Shown: positions 21,081-32,186, counted from the stretch's first letter. The stretch: 64,000 nucleotides of DNA from Marinicella sp. (GCA_965230295.1 OZ246001.1:32001-96000); one strand, 5' to 3'. The notes: a model not told the origin generated them from the sequence alone. A program made the numbers and translations.

Positions 21081-21561
21081 TGGCACTGATCCACTTCCCG
21101 TCCCGCAACACAAAATTACCATCTAAGCCCATATTGAAGTCGATGATCCTGCCGTTATCTTCAAAAAATTTATGTGAACTTCCTTTTGGCAATATGAACA
21201 GGAATTTAACAGCCCCTCCCAACTCGGGTGTGTTTCTTGAGAAATACAATTTGGCTTCTAACCAACTTTCCTTCTCATTGATTGGAAATATAAAGACGGA
21301 AAAATGTTTCCTCTCACTGGCAAATTTAATGGCAGCTTTGAACTCTCTGGTTTTTGGTGGCGGCGGTTCTGAACTTTTTAAGTTCATCAAACCTTGACCA
21401 TCAACCCACAAATAGGTTGCCCATCCAGTTCGCAATGACAAAGATTTTAAACTTTTTGATAAACCTTCAGTTGAATTTTTATGAACATACAAAGCCTGCG
21501 AGGCTGACCTCAACTCATCCTCTAAATTGAGCAACTCATGACTGCTAAGGAACTCACTCAT
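21067..21561 (-). CDS. Hypothetical protein in the pilZ operon
   Basis: 164-aa ORF 1 bp after the pilZ stop and overlapping the downstream gene start. Confidence 0.75.
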   Translation of the reverse strand: MSEFLSSHELLNLEDELRSASQALYVHKNSTEGLSKSLKSLSLRTGWATYLWVDGQGLMNLKSSEPPPPKTREFKAAIKFASERKHFSVFIFPINEKESWLEAKLYFSRNTPELGGAVKFLFILPKGSSHKFFEDNGRIIDFNMGLDGNFVLRDGKWISANDLP

Positions 21562-21562
21562 T

Positions 21563-21919
21563 TCACATGGTTAAGGAAGGAATTTCCTCTCCACTGTATG
21601 GCGCCAGAATGGTGTTGATTTTGGTTTTAACCACTTCCATATCGGCATCATCACTTAACTGTACTCCAATGCCTTGAGAGCGCCCTCCCTGAGAGCCTTT
21701 GGGTGTGATCCAAACAACTTTACCTGTGATGGGCATACGCTCATCCTGGTCCAATGTTAAAATCATAAATACATCGTCACCCACTTTGAAATTCTTTGTG
21801 GTTTTTACGAACAGTCCGCCATTGGTTATGAATGGCATGTAACACTGATGCAACTCTGCTGCACCCTGAATGTTTAATGACAAAATTCCTTTTTTAGCCA
21901 TACCTCCTGCAAATGCCAT
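21563..21919 (-). CDS. pilZ: Type IV pilus PilZ (PA2960-type, lacks RxxxR)
   Basis: YMPFITNGGLFV, GKVVWITP, GIGVQ; lies downstream of holB. Confidence 0.93.
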   Translation of the reverse strand: MAFAGGMAKKGILSLNIQGAAELHQCYMPFITNGGLFVKTTKNFKVGDDVFMILTLDQDERMPITGKVVWITPKGSQGGRSQGIGVQLSDDADMEVVKTKINTILAPYSGEEIPSLTM

Positions 21920-21921
21920 AA

Positions 21922-22899
21922 TTAACTCCCGTAACTTACTTCGTTCTTAATTTCAACCAAAAGAGACTCGAGCAACAATTGAGTCTTGATTTGAGTATTT
22001 AAGTTTAGCATGAATTGTTGGATCAATTCATTAAATTTTATAATAATATGAGTCACTTTCGGGCTTTTCTTAATTATTTGATTTAATGGGTGAGTGGCAA
22101 ACACCTCATGTTGATTTTTGTGGTATTGTGATTTAATCAAGTGTAAACAGTACCGTTGCATCAATGCCCAATCGGCAGGTTCAAGTTCTTCGGTTAATTG
22201 TTTGGCAACTTGTGAAATTGGCGATTGGTTTGTAAATACCTGATGAAAGCCATCTAATTGATTTTTGAAACCTTTCAATTGACCTGATTCAAGCAAGCTT
22301 TTGGCCGTCAGAGGTTGGAAGTCACTGAGTATCAAAGCATCATTGACGACATACTTGTCATGACCGGTTTGTTCTTGTAGCCAAGCTGACAACCTTGACT
22401 TATCCTCCTTATTCAAATGAACATCGAGGGTAATACACCGACTTCTGATGGTAGGCATCAACTGATGTTTGGTGTCAGTCACCAGCAACAACAAGCCACG
22501 ACTGGGTGGTTCTTCCAATACTTTCAACAAAGCGTTGGCTGCGGCCACATTCATGGTCTCGCATCGGTCAATAACAGCAATCTTGTAATCAGAACAATGG
22601 GGGGTTGAGGTAAAAAATTCAGTCAGCTCTCGGATCATCTTTACTTTGATGATGTTTTTTTCTGGTTCCACTTGATCTACATCAGGATGATAGCCTTGTC
22701 TTAACAAGGTACAATTTTGACATTGGCCACAATGCCCATGAAGTTTTTCACGACAGACCATATCAGCCATGATCAAATCCAGTAACAGATGTTTTCCTAT
22801 GCCAGGCACACCGCTGATAATGACGGCTTGGGGCTTGTGGTCAGTGTCAATGGCTGCTTGCCACTGGCTTAAGTGCTTCTCCAACCAATAGTTATTCAT
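21922..22899 (-). CDS. holB: DNA polymerase III delta-prime subunit
   Basis: CGQCQNC, HPD, AANALLKVLEEPP, PTIRSRC. Confidence 0.93.
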   Translation of the reverse strand: MNNYWLEKHLSQWQAAIDTDHKPQAVIISGVPGIGKHLLLDLIMADMVCREKLHGHCGQCQNCTLLRQGYHPDVDQVEPEKNIIKVKMIRELTEFFTSTPHCSDYKIAVIDRCETMNVAAANALLKVLEEPPSRGLLLLVTDTKHQLMPTIRSRCITLDVHLNKEDKSRLSAWLQEQTGHDKYVVNDALILSDFQPLTAKSLLESGQLKGFKNQLDGFHQVFTNQSPISQVAKQLTEELEPADWALMQRYCLHLIKSQYHKNQHEVFATHPLNQIIKKSPKVTHIIIKFNELIQQFMLNLNTQIKTQLLLESLLVEIKNEVSYGS

Positions 22900-23528
22900 A
22901 CAGACAATCCGGCTTTGAAAGCTTGCATGGTTGCCTTGATGGCGTGACCCACTTCATCAATGGATTGATTGGCATCAATGAGCTTAATGCGATTGGGCTC
23001 CAGATCTGCACGTTTTAAGTAACCTTTGCGAATGTTTTCAAAAAACATTAAATCCTCTTTTTCTATGCGATCTTTAGCAGACCTTTGAGCGGCACGTGAT
23101 AAGCCCACTTCAGGAACCACATCTAACATGAGCGTCAAATCTGGTTTGGTGTCTTGTACAACGAATTTTTCAAGAAACTCAATGGTTGACCATTCTATGC
23201 CGCGGCCAAAACCCTGGTAAGCATAACTGGCATCAACAAAGCGATCAGAAATGACCCACTGCCCGCTGGCCAAAGCAGGCCTGATGACTTTTTCCACATG
23301 CTCGTTGCGAGCAGCAAACATCAACAACAACTCGGTTTTTGCTGCCAAATGATCGCTGTGTAATAACAACGATCTGATTTTTTCTGCATTGGCTTCACCG
23401 CCAGGTTCCCTGGTGTGTATGAAAGGTACGTTCCAATCCTTTAATTGTGCAGTCATGACCTCAATCGCAGAAGACTTGCCAGCGCCTTCAGAGCCCTCAA
23501 GGCTGATGAATTGAGCTTGTTGCATCAC
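22896..23528 (-). CDS. tmk: Thymidylate kinase
   Basis: EGSEGAGKSS, TREPGG, DRFVDASYAYQG. Confidence 0.96.
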   Translation of the reverse strand: MMQQAQFISLEGSEGAGKSSAIEVMTAQLKDWNVPFIHTREPGGEANAEKIRSLLLHSDHLAAKTELLLMFAARNEHVEKVIRPALASGQWVISDRFVDASYAYQGFGRGIEWSTIEFLEKFVVQDTKPDLTLMLDVVPEVGLSRAAQRSAKDRIEKEDLMFFENIRKGYLKRADLEPNRIKLIDANQSIDEVGHAIKATMQAFKAGLSV

Positions 23529-24526
23529 TCTCCTCGCAAATAAGCTTCAACAGCTTTTTGGTGCTGCTCATAGGTTTCACTGAAGGTGTGGCCTCCCTTG
23601 TTATTGGCCACAAAGTATAACTCTTTACCCTGGTTTGGATGCGCAGCCGCTTCAATGGATGCACCGCTGGCCATGGCGATAGGTGTTGGAGGCAAACCTA
23701 TTCTTGTGTATGTGTTGTATGGTGTATCAGTTCTTAAATGAGCTGAAGTGATGTCACCTGCATAAGCTGAGCCAATGCCGTAAATGACGGTAGGGTCTGT
23801 TTGTAGTTTCATGCCTTTTTGCAGCCGACGGTGGAACACTCCGGAAATGGTGTTTCGTTCACTGTGTTGTGCGGTTTCTTTTTCAATGATTGAAGCCAAA
23901 ATCAACAGCTCATAAGGAGACTTTAAGGTGATGCTCGTATCGCGGTTTTCCCAGGCTGTCATCAATACATCATTGAGCGCATGGTGAGCCCTTTTGAGCA
24001 CATCAATATCGACATCCGTTTTGATGTATTGATATGTTTCCGGTAAAAACTGGCCTTCCAGGTTACCGGTTTTGATGTTCAGCATTCTTTTTAAATCTGT
24101 GTCTTTGGCATCAACCAATTCATGCTTCAAAGGACTGCTCAAAAATGCTTTTTTGACCTGCTCCCATTGGTGTCCTTCAATGATGGTGATACTGTATGTT
24201 TTTACTTTATTTTCATCAATATAGGTGACCAGCTCTCTGGGTGTCATGGGGTCAATAATTTCGAACTCACCGGTCTTGATGGAATTTTCCAACTCATTGA
24301 ATCGGGCCATTATTTTCCAGTTCAGCTCACTGCCTTTACCACCTTTGTCATGCAGCATCTTAATGAAATCGGCAAAAGTCGTGCCCTTTTCAATGTCCAG
24401 GACGACCGGAAGCTGTCTGAACACAGGCTCAATCAAAAACTGTCGGTATTGTTGATAAACATAGGCGCCTGCGCCCGTTACCAAGACAATCAGTATGAAC
24501 AGCGTTGAAAGAATTATTTTTTTCAT
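23525..24526 (-). CDS. mltG: Endolytic transglycosylase MltG
   Basis: LASIIEKET, LQTDPTVIY, PYNTY..GLPPTPI. Confidence 0.95.
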   Translation of the reverse strand: MKKIILSTLFILIVLVTGAGAYVYQQYRQFLIEPVFRQLPVVLDIEKGTTFADFIKMLHDKGGKGSELNWKIMARFNELENSIKTGEFEIIDPMTPRELVTYIDENKVKTYSITIIEGHQWEQVKKAFLSSPLKHELVDAKDTDLKRMLNIKTGNLEGQFLPETYQYIKTDVDIDVLKRAHHALNDVLMTAWENRDTSITLKSPYELLILASIIEKETAQHSERNTISGVFHRRLQKGMKLQTDPTVIYGIGSAYAGDITSAHLRTDTPYNTYTRIGLPPTPIAMASGASIEAAAHPNQGKELYFVANNKGGHTFSETYEQHQKAVEAYLRGE

Positions 24527-25350
24527 GAATTAAATTGTGCTTCCCATTGTTTGCTTATTTTATCTTGAATAGGTAATGATTTGCCAAATGAAATGACATC
24601 TTTTAGCGGTTTTCCATCAACCAAAGAAACAGGGCGAAATCCTCTGATCGAGTTACAAAGCATCAACCCATCAAAGGCTGTTATTTCATTGATCCTGATC
24701 ACCTTCTTTTTCACTTTGTATTTAGATTTCAACCACTTAAGCGCAACTCCTTTGACTCCACATTGATTCAGTTTGGGCGTCACTAATGCATCACCTTTAA
24801 CAAAAATCACGTTTTGATAAGTGGTCTCAATGACATGTCTTTTGGTATTCAAAACCAACAAATCATCAACCCCATCATGTTTTTTCAACTCGGCAGCAAG
24901 CATCACTTGCTCTAAACGGCTCAGGTGTTTCAAACCAGCGAGCATGGGCTGGATGGACAACGTATGCTTTGCCACCGCTAATCTAAGCGAATCCTGGTTA
25001 TTCAACTCGTTTAAGGCGCTCACTGTAACAAACCATTCAGAGCTTCTGGTTGCTGGACAATACCCGCGTTTTTGAGCTGCCCTGAAAACAACCAGCTTTA
25101 TCACACAAGATGAAGACTTTTCCGGCGGGCAGTTTAATTTGATCTTGCTCAACAGTTCAACTGGGTCAATCGGAGATAAGTCCAGTTTTTCAAGCCCGCG
25201 CCTTAATCGATCCATGTGTAAGTGATAAAGCGGTATTTCGCCCAAATGCATGCGCATGGTTTCAAACAGGCCATCACCATATTGGAGCCCCCTGTTGTTC
25301 AGCATGGCCTGATCATTGAGTTTAAAGGATGCCGCTATGATCATGTTCAA
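24523..25350 (-). CDS. pabC: Aminodeoxychorismate lyase
   Basis: RGLQYGDGLFET, GLKHLSRLEQV (class IV PLP fold). Confidence 0.88.
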   Translation of the reverse strand: MNMIIAASFKLNDQAMLNNRGLQYGDGLFETMRMHLGEIPLYHLHMDRLRRGLEKLDLSPIDPVELLSKIKLNCPPEKSSSCVIKLVVFRAAQKRGYCPATRSSEWFVTVSALNELNNQDSLRLAVAKHTLSIQPMLAGLKHLSRLEQVMLAAELKKHDGVDDLLVLNTKRHVIETTYQNVIFVKGDALVTPKLNQCGVKGVALKWLKSKYKVKKKVIRINEITAFDGLMLCNSIRGFRPVSLVDGKPLKDVISFGKSLPIQDKISKQWEAQFNS

Positions 25351-26672
25351 CCTTGATTGGCTTGTAGAATGTTATCATTCAATTCTAAAGCATTGATCAT
25401 GCCTTTGGCTTTGTGCCTCGTCTCTTGGAGTTCTGCATTGGGGTCTGAATCAAAAACTATACCAGCCCCGGCATTGAACTTAATGACTTCATCATGCACA
25501 CCAACTGTTCTGATCAAAATATTCAGATCAACCTGTCCATCGTGGTTGATGTAACCCAAACTTCCTGTATAACAGCCTCGATCTCTTTGCTCTATTTCAT
25601 GAATCACTTCCATACACCTTATTTTAGGACACCCTGTTATGGTGCCACCAGGAAACAAGGCCTTAATGGCATCAACAACGGTCACATCCGACCTCAACTG
25701 ACCTTTGATATTCGATACTATGTGATGGACATGTTCATAACTTTCCACAACCATCAACTCATCAACATCCACACTGCCAGTAAGACAAACTTTTCCAATG
25801 TCGTTGCGTTCCAAATCTATCAACATGATATGCTCTGCACGTTCTTTCGGGGTATCAAGCAATTCATTGATCAAATCCGCATCGGCTGTCTCTGTTTGGC
25901 CCCTTGGTCTGGTGCCCGCAATCGGCCGGGTTTCAATGATGTTATTACTGATGCTGAACAGTCGCTCTGGTGAGGAACTCACCACTGCAAAGCCTTGCAC
26001 TTGTAACAAAGCAGCAAAAGGCGCAGGGTTTGACTTTCTGAGTCGGGTGAATAAAGCAGCTGGAGTGATGGTCGGATTGTTTTCACAGGTGTATTGCCTG
26101 GATAAATTTGCTTGGTAAATATCACCTGATTTGATTAAGTCTTTGGCATGTTGAACAGCCCGTTTGAAGTGAATGCCATCCTCTTGTTTGATGTGGGGTA
26201 ATTCAATCGGATCATCGCCACTTTTGCATTTCTTATCCAAATACATTTGGATGCCATCAGCCGTGGATTCTGACTGGGCCCATAAAGTGGTTATGTTGCT
26301 GAGGTGGTCATGAACAACAGCACCTTGACAATAAATGGCGATGGCCAATGGTTCTTTGGTTTCTGTGATCAAGTGAGCCAGTTTGGGTTCCATAAAATAG
26401 GCAGACTCATATGAAAAATATACCAACCAACCATACTGAAAAGCTGTGTGAGATGACTGAACATTCGGCTGGATATCTATGGTTTTTAACAGCTCATGTA
26501 ACTGTTGTTGGTCAAAAGCAACCAGTTGGACACTGGGAGCCGCCATCAAAATATCATATCGGCCAATTTTTTTGTTTACAGATTGACTTTCTAATAAAGC
26601 AGGAAAAAAGCCTGATTGATTTGCCGCCAGGGCCAATAAATCAGGCTTATCAATTAATTTTCTTTCAATCAA
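25347..26672 (-). CDS. pabB: Aminodeoxychorismate synthase component I
   Basis: SSSPERL, TRPIAGTRPR, EHIMLIDLERND, FPGGTITGCPK. Confidence 0.88.
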   Translation of the reverse strand: MIERKLIDKPDLLALAANQSGFFPALLESQSVNKKIGRYDILMAAPSVQLVAFDQQQLHELLKTIDIQPNVQSSHTAFQYGWLVYFSYESAYFMEPKLAHLITETKEPLAIAIYCQGAVVHDHLSNITTLWAQSESTADGIQMYLDKKCKSGDDPIELPHIKQEDGIHFKRAVQHAKDLIKSGDIYQANLSRQYTCENNPTITPAALFTRLRKSNPAPFAALLQVQGFAVVSSSPERLFSISNNIIETRPIAGTRPRGQTETADADLINELLDTPKERAEHIMLIDLERNDIGKVCLTGSVDVDELMVVESYEHVHHIVSNIKGQLRSDVTVVDAIKALFPGGTITGCPKIRCMEVIHEIEQRDRGCYTGSLGYINHDGQVDLNILIRTVGVHDEVIKFNAGAGIVFDSDPNAELQETRHKAKGMINALELNDNILQANQG

Positions 26673-26694
26673 TGTGGTTCACTGAGCTGTTTTC

Positions 26695-27936
26695 TTATTT
26701 AATAGAATTAAAGACCAAAGATCCATTGGTACCACCAAATCCAAATGAATTACTGATGACCACATCCACCTTCGCATCTCTGGCTGTGTTGGGCACATAA
26801 TCCAGATCACACGCCGGATCTGGATTGGTTAAATTAATGGTGGGAGGCAAAACTTGATCAGCCACAGCCATCACACTGAATATGGCTTCAATACCTCCAG
26901 CTGCTCCCAACAAATGCCCCGTCATGGACTTGGTTGAAGAAACAGCCAAGTCTTGAGCATGGGTGCCAAAAGCCACTTTAACCGCATCACTTTCGCCTAT
27001 ATCACCTTGTGGTGTAGAGGTACCATGTGCATTCACATAATTAAACTGATCCACACTGAATCCAGAATCCTTAATGGCATTAACCATACACCTGGCAGCA
27101 CCTTCTCCACCTGGAGATGGAGCTGTCATGTGATGGGCATCTGAACTCATACCAAAACCAGACAACTCAGCATAAATCTTGGCACCACGCTTTACAGCAT
27201 GTTCATACTCTTCTATGACCAATACGCCCGCACCATCACCTAAAACAAAGCCATCACGCTCTAAATCCCATGGTCTGGAGGCAGCCGTTGGGTCATCGTT
27301 GCGGGTCGACAAGGCTTTGGATTGCGAAAAACCGCCTATGGCAATGGGTGTTGATGCATACTCTGCACCACCACATACCATCACATCGGCATCGCCATAA
27401 ACAATAGAGCGGTAGGCCATGCCAATGCTGTGTGTGGCAGAACTACAAGCAGACACCATGGCTAAATTGGGGCCTTTTAACCCATATTTAATACTCAAAT
27501 GACCTGAAGCCATGTTAATAATGGTACTTGGAATAAAGAAGGGGGAGATTCTTTTTGGCCCCTTGGTCAACCAGGTTTCAGTGGTGTTTTGAATGCCCAA
27601 TATACCGCCAATACCTGCCCCAACATAAACCCCTATACGTTCAGCGTTGGCTTCTGTGACTTCCAAACCAGAATCTGAAATGGCATCTTGCCCGGCTGCC
27701 ATGGCATAGTGGATGAAAGGATCCATCTTTTTAGCATCCTTGGCAGAAATGTAGTCTTTGACGTTAAAATCTTTGATTTCACCAGCAATCTTAGCCGTAA
27801 AATCTGTGGTGTCAAAATGCGTGATTGGCGCAATGCCGCTCACACCATTGATGATGTTTTCCCATGCTAATTTCAGTGTATTACCGACTGGTGAGACAAT
27901 ACCCATGCCCGTAACCACTACTCTGCGTTTTGTCAT
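26695..27936 (-). CDS. fabF: Beta-ketoacyl-ACP synthase II
   Basis: [30 protein letters not shown]. Confidence 0.97.
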   Translation of the reverse strand: MTKRRVVVTGMGIVSPVGNTLKLAWENIINGVSGIAPITHFDTTDFTAKIAGEIKDFNVKDYISAKDAKKMDPFIHYAMAAGQDAISDSGLEVTEANAERIGVYVGAGIGGILGIQNTTETWLTKGPKRISPFFIPSTIINMASGHLSIKYGLKGPNLAMVSACSSATHSIGMAYRSIVYGDADVMVCGGAEYASTPIAIGGFSQSKALSTRNDDPTAASRPWDLERDGFVLGDGAGVLVIEEYEHAVKRGAKIYAELSGFGMSSDAHHMTAPSPGGEGAARCMVNAIKDSGFSVDQFNYVNAHGTSTPQGDIGESDAVKVAFGTHAQDLAVSSTKSMTGHLLGAAGGIEAIFSVMAVADQVLPPTINLTNPDPACDLDYVPNTARDAKVDVVISNSFGFGGTNGSLVFNSIK

Positions 27937-28024
27937 AATTTGTCCCCGTTTAAACGAACAGCCTTAAATATAATCAACTACATTCTGGGCCGCTCGAGGC
28001 TTCAAATCGAAGCCATATAAACTC

Positions 28025-28053
28025 GAAAAGCCACGATTAAATCGCAGCTTTTC
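28025..28053 (-). terminator. Hairpin downstream of acpP
   Basis: gaaaagc-cacgattaaatcgca-gcttttc imperfect stem-loop. Confidence 0.5.
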
Positions 28054-28077
28054 AATCAATTCATTCAGCAAAAATGA

Positions 28078-28317
28078 TCAGGCGTTTTCAGTCACGTAAT
28101 CAATGGCTTGTTGAACTGTGGTGATTTTTTCAGCGTCTTCTTCAGGAATTTCACACTCAAACTCCTCTTCCAAAGCCATAACCAATTCAACAGTATCCAA
28201 TGAATCAGCACCCAAATCATCCACAAAAGAAGCTGAATTACTTAATTCCGAAACTTCTACATCTAAATCCAATTGTTCAACAACAATCTCTTTAACTTTA
28301 TTTTCTACGTCACTCAT
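28078..28317 (-). CDS. acpP: Acyl carrier protein
   Basis: [20 protein letters not shown]. Confidence 0.98.
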   Translation of the reverse strand: MSDVENKVKEIVVEQLDLDVEVSELSNSASFVDDLGADSLDTVELVMALEEEFECEIPEEDAEKITTVQQAIDYVTENA

Positions 28318-28459
28318 TTAGTGTTTACCTATGTAAAAAAGCATATTGTATGCAAGGTTTATAAAATATTCCACCCTTATATTAAGGTGGCCTACTGAAT
28401 ATCAAGTCAATGAAGGCAATTTGTATCAAACGTCTGTTTGAGACAAATTTATTTCATTA

Positions 28460-29209
28460 TTATGACATATACATGCCACCATTGACATGCAAAGTTTCTC
28501 CAGTGATATAGGCTCCTGAATCCGCAGCCAAGAACAACACCGCATTGGCTATGTCTTGGGTCGTCCCCAAGCGGTTCAATGGCACTTGATCCATCAAACT
28601 GTTTTTCTGGCTCTCATCTAAGTCATCTGTCATGTCTGTTTGGATGTAACCAGGCGCCACTACATTAACTGTAATACCGCGAGAACCGACTTCCCTGGCC
28701 AAAGATTTGGAAAAACCAATCATCCCGGCTTTGGCCGCTGCATAATTACTTTGACCAGGATTTCCCATATCCCCAATCACAGAGCCGATGTTGATGATGC
28801 GGCCGGTTTTGGCTTTCATCATGCCACGGATACAGGCTTTGCTCATTTTATAAATGGATGACAAATTGGTGTTGATGACCTGATCCCAATCATCAGCACC
28901 CATGCGCATCAAAAGCTTGTCATTGGTGATTCCTGCATTGTTCACCAATACTGTTGGTAAGCCTACAGAGATTTTCAAGTCAGCCAACAAGGCATCGATG
29001 CTGTCTTGTTCTGCCACGTTCAACACTGCCCCCTTGCCGCCAAACTGGGATAAATAAGCACTGATGGATTCGGCCCCTTTTTCTGAAGTGGCTGTGCCAA
29101 CCACCAAAGCACCTGCGTTGGCCAAAGTTTCCGCGATCGCACGGCCTATACCCCTACTGGCTCCAGTAACTAATACCACTGTACCTTTTAAATTAAAAAT
29201 TTCACTCAT
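28460..29209 (-). CDS. fabG: 3-oxoacyl-ACP reductase
   Basis: TGASRGIG, NNAGIT, YAAAK. Confidence 0.96.
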   Translation of the reverse strand: MSEIFNLKGTVVLVTGASRGIGRAIAETLANAGALVVGTATSEKGAESISAYLSQFGGKGAVLNVAEQDSIDALLADLKISVGLPTVLVNNAGITNDKLLMRMGADDWDQVINTNLSSIYKMSKACIRGMMKAKTGRIINIGSVIGDMGNPGQSNYAAAKAGMIGFSKSLAREVGSRGITVNVVAPGYIQTDMTDDLDESQKNSLMDQVPLNRLGTTQDIANAVLFLAADSGAYITGETLHVNGGMYMS

Positions 29210-30132
29210 GATGATTCCTCGATAAATTTATCCATGCCTTTGGCATTCAGTAATGGAATGATTTGTAGGCTGCGGTCAAATCTTTTGAACAAGCCTGACA
29301 AGACCTTGCCTGGTCCACACTCAACAACCACATCTACACCCATTGATTGACAGGCTTCCATGGTTTGCGTCCACCTGACGGGTGCATATAGCTGTTGTTG
29401 TAATACAGCTTTTATTTGTGTTTGATCCCCGTGGGATTTGACATCCACATTGTGTAACACGGTAACAGCTGGCGTCTTAAATTCAATCGCAGTCAAATCA
29501 TCACCCAACTGTTCTGCTGCAGGTTTCATCAAATCACAATGAGAAGGCACACTGACGGCCAACGGCATGACTTTCTTAGCACCGGCATCCAGGCATAACT
29601 GACCGGTTTCAGTCACCGCTGCAGCTTCTCCAGCAATGACGATTTGCCCGGGAGAGTTGTAGTTTGCGGGACTGACTTGTCCTTTTGCCTGTTGACAAGC
29701 TTGTTCAATGGTTGCAGCATCCAACCCCAAGATGGCTGCCATTGACCCAGTACCAGCGGGTACCGCTGCTTGCATATACAACCCACGTTTATGTACCAAT
29801 TCTATAGCGGTTTCAAAATTCAATGCACCAGAACAAACCAAGGCAGAGTATTCACCCAAAGAATGTCCTGCCATCACCGCGGGAGAAAACGAGGTGCGGG
29901 CTTGTAAGGCTTGAAAAATACCCACTGACGCAGCCAGTAAAGCAGGTTGTGTCCATTGGGTTTGGTTCAGTTCTTCGGCAGGTCCTTGATTGACCATTTG
30001 CAGCAGATCTACACCAAGAACATGATTGGCTGTTCTCATACAATCGGTCACTTCAGGATAGTTAATCAAACCATCCAACATACCGACCGATTGTGATCCC
30101 TGACCAGGGAAAACAAAAGCTATTTTCTTCAT
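29206..30132 (-). CDS. fabD: Malonyl-CoA:ACP transacylase
   Basis: FPGQGSQ, GHSLGEY, SVPSHC. Confidence 0.97.
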   Translation of the reverse strand: MKKIAFVFPGQGSQSVGMLDGLINYPEVTDCMRTANHVLGVDLLQMVNQGPAEELNQTQWTQPALLAASVGIFQALQARTSFSPAVMAGHSLGEYSALVCSGALNFETAIELVHKRGLYMQAAVPAGTGSMAAILGLDAATIEQACQQAKGQVSPANYNSPGQIVIAGEAAAVTETGQLCLDAGAKKVMPLAVSVPSHCDLMKPAAEQLGDDLTAIEFKTPAVTVLHNVDVKSHGDQTQIKAVLQQQLYAPVRWTQTMEACQSMGVDVVVECGPGKVLSGLFKRFDRSLQIIPLLNAKGMDKFIEESS

Positions 30133-30147
30133 TGTTGTTAGTAAAAG

Positions 30148-31119
30148 TTAGTATTTAATGAGTGCAGAACCCCAGGTGAATCCACCACCAAAGGCTTCTA
30201 ATAACAACACGTCCCCACGTGCAATTTTTCCGCTTCTGATGGCTTCATCCAGAGCCAATCCCACAGAAGCGGCTGAAGTGTTGCCATGCTTGTCCACAGT
30301 AACAACGACTTGATCCATGCTCATGCTGAGTTTTTTGGCAGTCGCAGAGATGATTCTTAAATTGGCCTGATGCGGTATCAGCCAATCGATGTCAGTTTTT
30401 TCCATGTCATTGGCCTTGAGCGTTTCTTTGACTATGCGACCCAGTGTCATCACTGCCGTTTTAAACACTTCATTGCCTTTCATGCGAATTTTCAGGCCAC
30501 CATTGGGCTCATTTTTTAAGCCTGCTGAAACACCGACCGTGGCATTCAACAGATGGTCATGGGCTCCATCGGCATGCAAATGTGTGGACAATACACCAGG
30601 TTCTTCACTGGCTTCCAAAACCATAGCACTGGCACCATCCCCGAACAATACGCAAGTGGTTCGATCTGTCCAATCCACCATACGTGTTAAGGTTTCTGCT
30701 CCAATAACCAAAGCCCGTTTGTGTTGACCGGATTGAATGAATTTATCGGCCACTCCTAACGCGTATATAGAGCCACTACAAGCCGCATTAACATCCATGG
30801 CAGTGATGCCATTACAACCCAAGCCCTTTTGGATCAAACAGGCGGTACTTGGGAACACCAAGTCTGGCGTCGTGGTTCCGACCACAAGCAAATCAATCTC
30901 ATCCGCCGTTACACCTGCTGCATCTAATGCTTTCTTGGCAGCTGCCAATCCTAATGTGGAAGTGGTCTCACCCTCTCCTGCCACATGTCGCTGCTTGATA
31001 CCGGTGCGATCTTGAATCCACTGATCATCGGTATCAACTATCTTCTCCATATCGGCATTGGTTAAAATTTTCTCTGGTAACTCACTGCCCGTTCCACGGA
31101 TTTTTGAATAAATTCTCAT
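30148..31119 (-). CDS. fabH: Beta-ketoacyl-ACP synthase III
   Basis: AACSG, PHQANLRI, GNTSAAS. Confidence 0.97.
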   Translation of the reverse strand: MRIYSKIRGTGSELPEKILTNADMEKIVDTDDQWIQDRTGIKQRHVAGEGETTSTLGLAAAKKALDAAGVTADEIDLLVVGTTTPDLVFPSTACLIQKGLGCNGITAMDVNAACSGSIYALGVADKFIQSGQHKRALVIGAETLTRMVDWTDRTTCVLFGDGASAMVLEASEEPGVLSTHLHADGAHDHLLNATVGVSAGLKNEPNGGLKIRMKGNEVFKTAVMTLGRIVKETLKANDMEKTDIDWLIPHQANLRIISATAKKLSMSMDQVVVTVDKHGNTSAASVGLALDEAIRSGKIARGDVLLLEAFGGGFTWGSALIKY

Positions 31120-31127
31120 GATTGTAT

Positions 31128-32108
31128 TTATTTCCCCACACTCAGATTTATTTGACGCCCTTGTTTGATGTATTCAGCAGTTCTCACCAAGGCATGAAAA
31201 AATTCAGTTTGATCACTGTTGCCATGCGCTTTGACCACCAACCCATCTAATCCCAATAACAACGCTCCATTATATTGGCCTGGATTAAAATTAACACCAT
31301 TATATAGCCCAAACCATTTCATCAATAATTTTTGCGCCCAATTCAAGGGTTTTGCAGGCATGAATCGTTGTAACAAACCCTCACAAGCTTTCAGTGTGAT
31401 GTTGCCCACAAAACCATCACAACAGATCACATCTGCATACCCTTTGAATAAATGTGACCCTTCACAAAACCCTAAATAGTTCAGATCTGAATCTTGCAAT
31501 AAACGATCGGCCTGTTGAACAGTGTCATGTCCTTTGATGTGCTCAGTGCCAACATTCAATAAAGCCACTTCAGGTTTTTCACCACACCCCAACAAGGAAG
31601 GTGCGGCCGCAACACCTAATTCTGCCAAAGCATATAAATCATCAGCACGGTATTCTAAGGTAGCACCAATGTCTAACAACAAAGTGGGTTTCGGCGATCC
31701 AGGTAAAACTGTTGCCAAAGCAGGACGTTCGATAGGAAAATTGGCTTTTAACCAAAACTTAGCAAAGGCAACCAGTGCACCACTGTTGCCAGCTGTTAAA
31801 ACAGCATCAGCTTGTTTATCTGCCACTGCCTTGATGGCCATCGACAAACTGCTGTGCTTTTTCTTGCGCAAAGCCAACAAAGGTGATTCATCCATAGAAA
31901 TGTCGTGTTCAGCCAAGATCACTTCTACCTGCTTCGGTAAGTGACTGAAGTGTGCTTTATTCTTGTCTAGGTTGGCCTGATTGAGAAATAAATGGATGTT
32001 AAAGCCAGGGTGTTCAGCTGTGAATTTTTTAACCGCATGAAGGCGACCCAGCGGGTCATCGTCACCGCCCATGATGTCAACAGCTATGATAGGTAACTCA
32101 CTTGTCAT
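31128..32108 (-). CDS. plsX: Phosphate acyltransferase PlsX
   Basis: IAVDIMGGD, ERPALA, DGFVGNITLK, KAHG. Confidence 0.92.
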   Translation of the reverse strand: MTSELPIIAVDIMGGDDDPLGRLHAVKKFTAEHPGFNIHLFLNQANLDKNKAHFSHLPKQVEVILAEHDISMDESPLLALRKKKHSSLSMAIKAVADKQADAVLTAGNSGALVAFAKFWLKANFPIERPALATVLPGSPKPTLLLDIGATLEYRADDLYALAELGVAAAPSLLGCGEKPEVALLNVGTEHIKGHDTVQQADRLLQDSDLNYLGFCEGSHLFKGYADVICCDGFVGNITLKACEGLLQRFMPAKPLNWAQKLLMKWFGLYNGVNFNPGQYNGALLLGLDGLVVKAHGNSDQTEFFHALVRTAEYIKQGRQINLSVGK

Positions 32109-32152
32109 TTAAAGTGATCACGGCAATGTGATTGGTTTTAGTGGCATCGTTA

Positions 32153-32186
32153 TAAAAAAAATGGGTAAAGAAAACTTTACCCATTT
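32153..32186 (-). terminator. Terminator after rpmF
   Basis: aaatgggtaaag-aaaa-ctttacccattt stem with A run (U run on minus strand). Confidence 0.75.
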
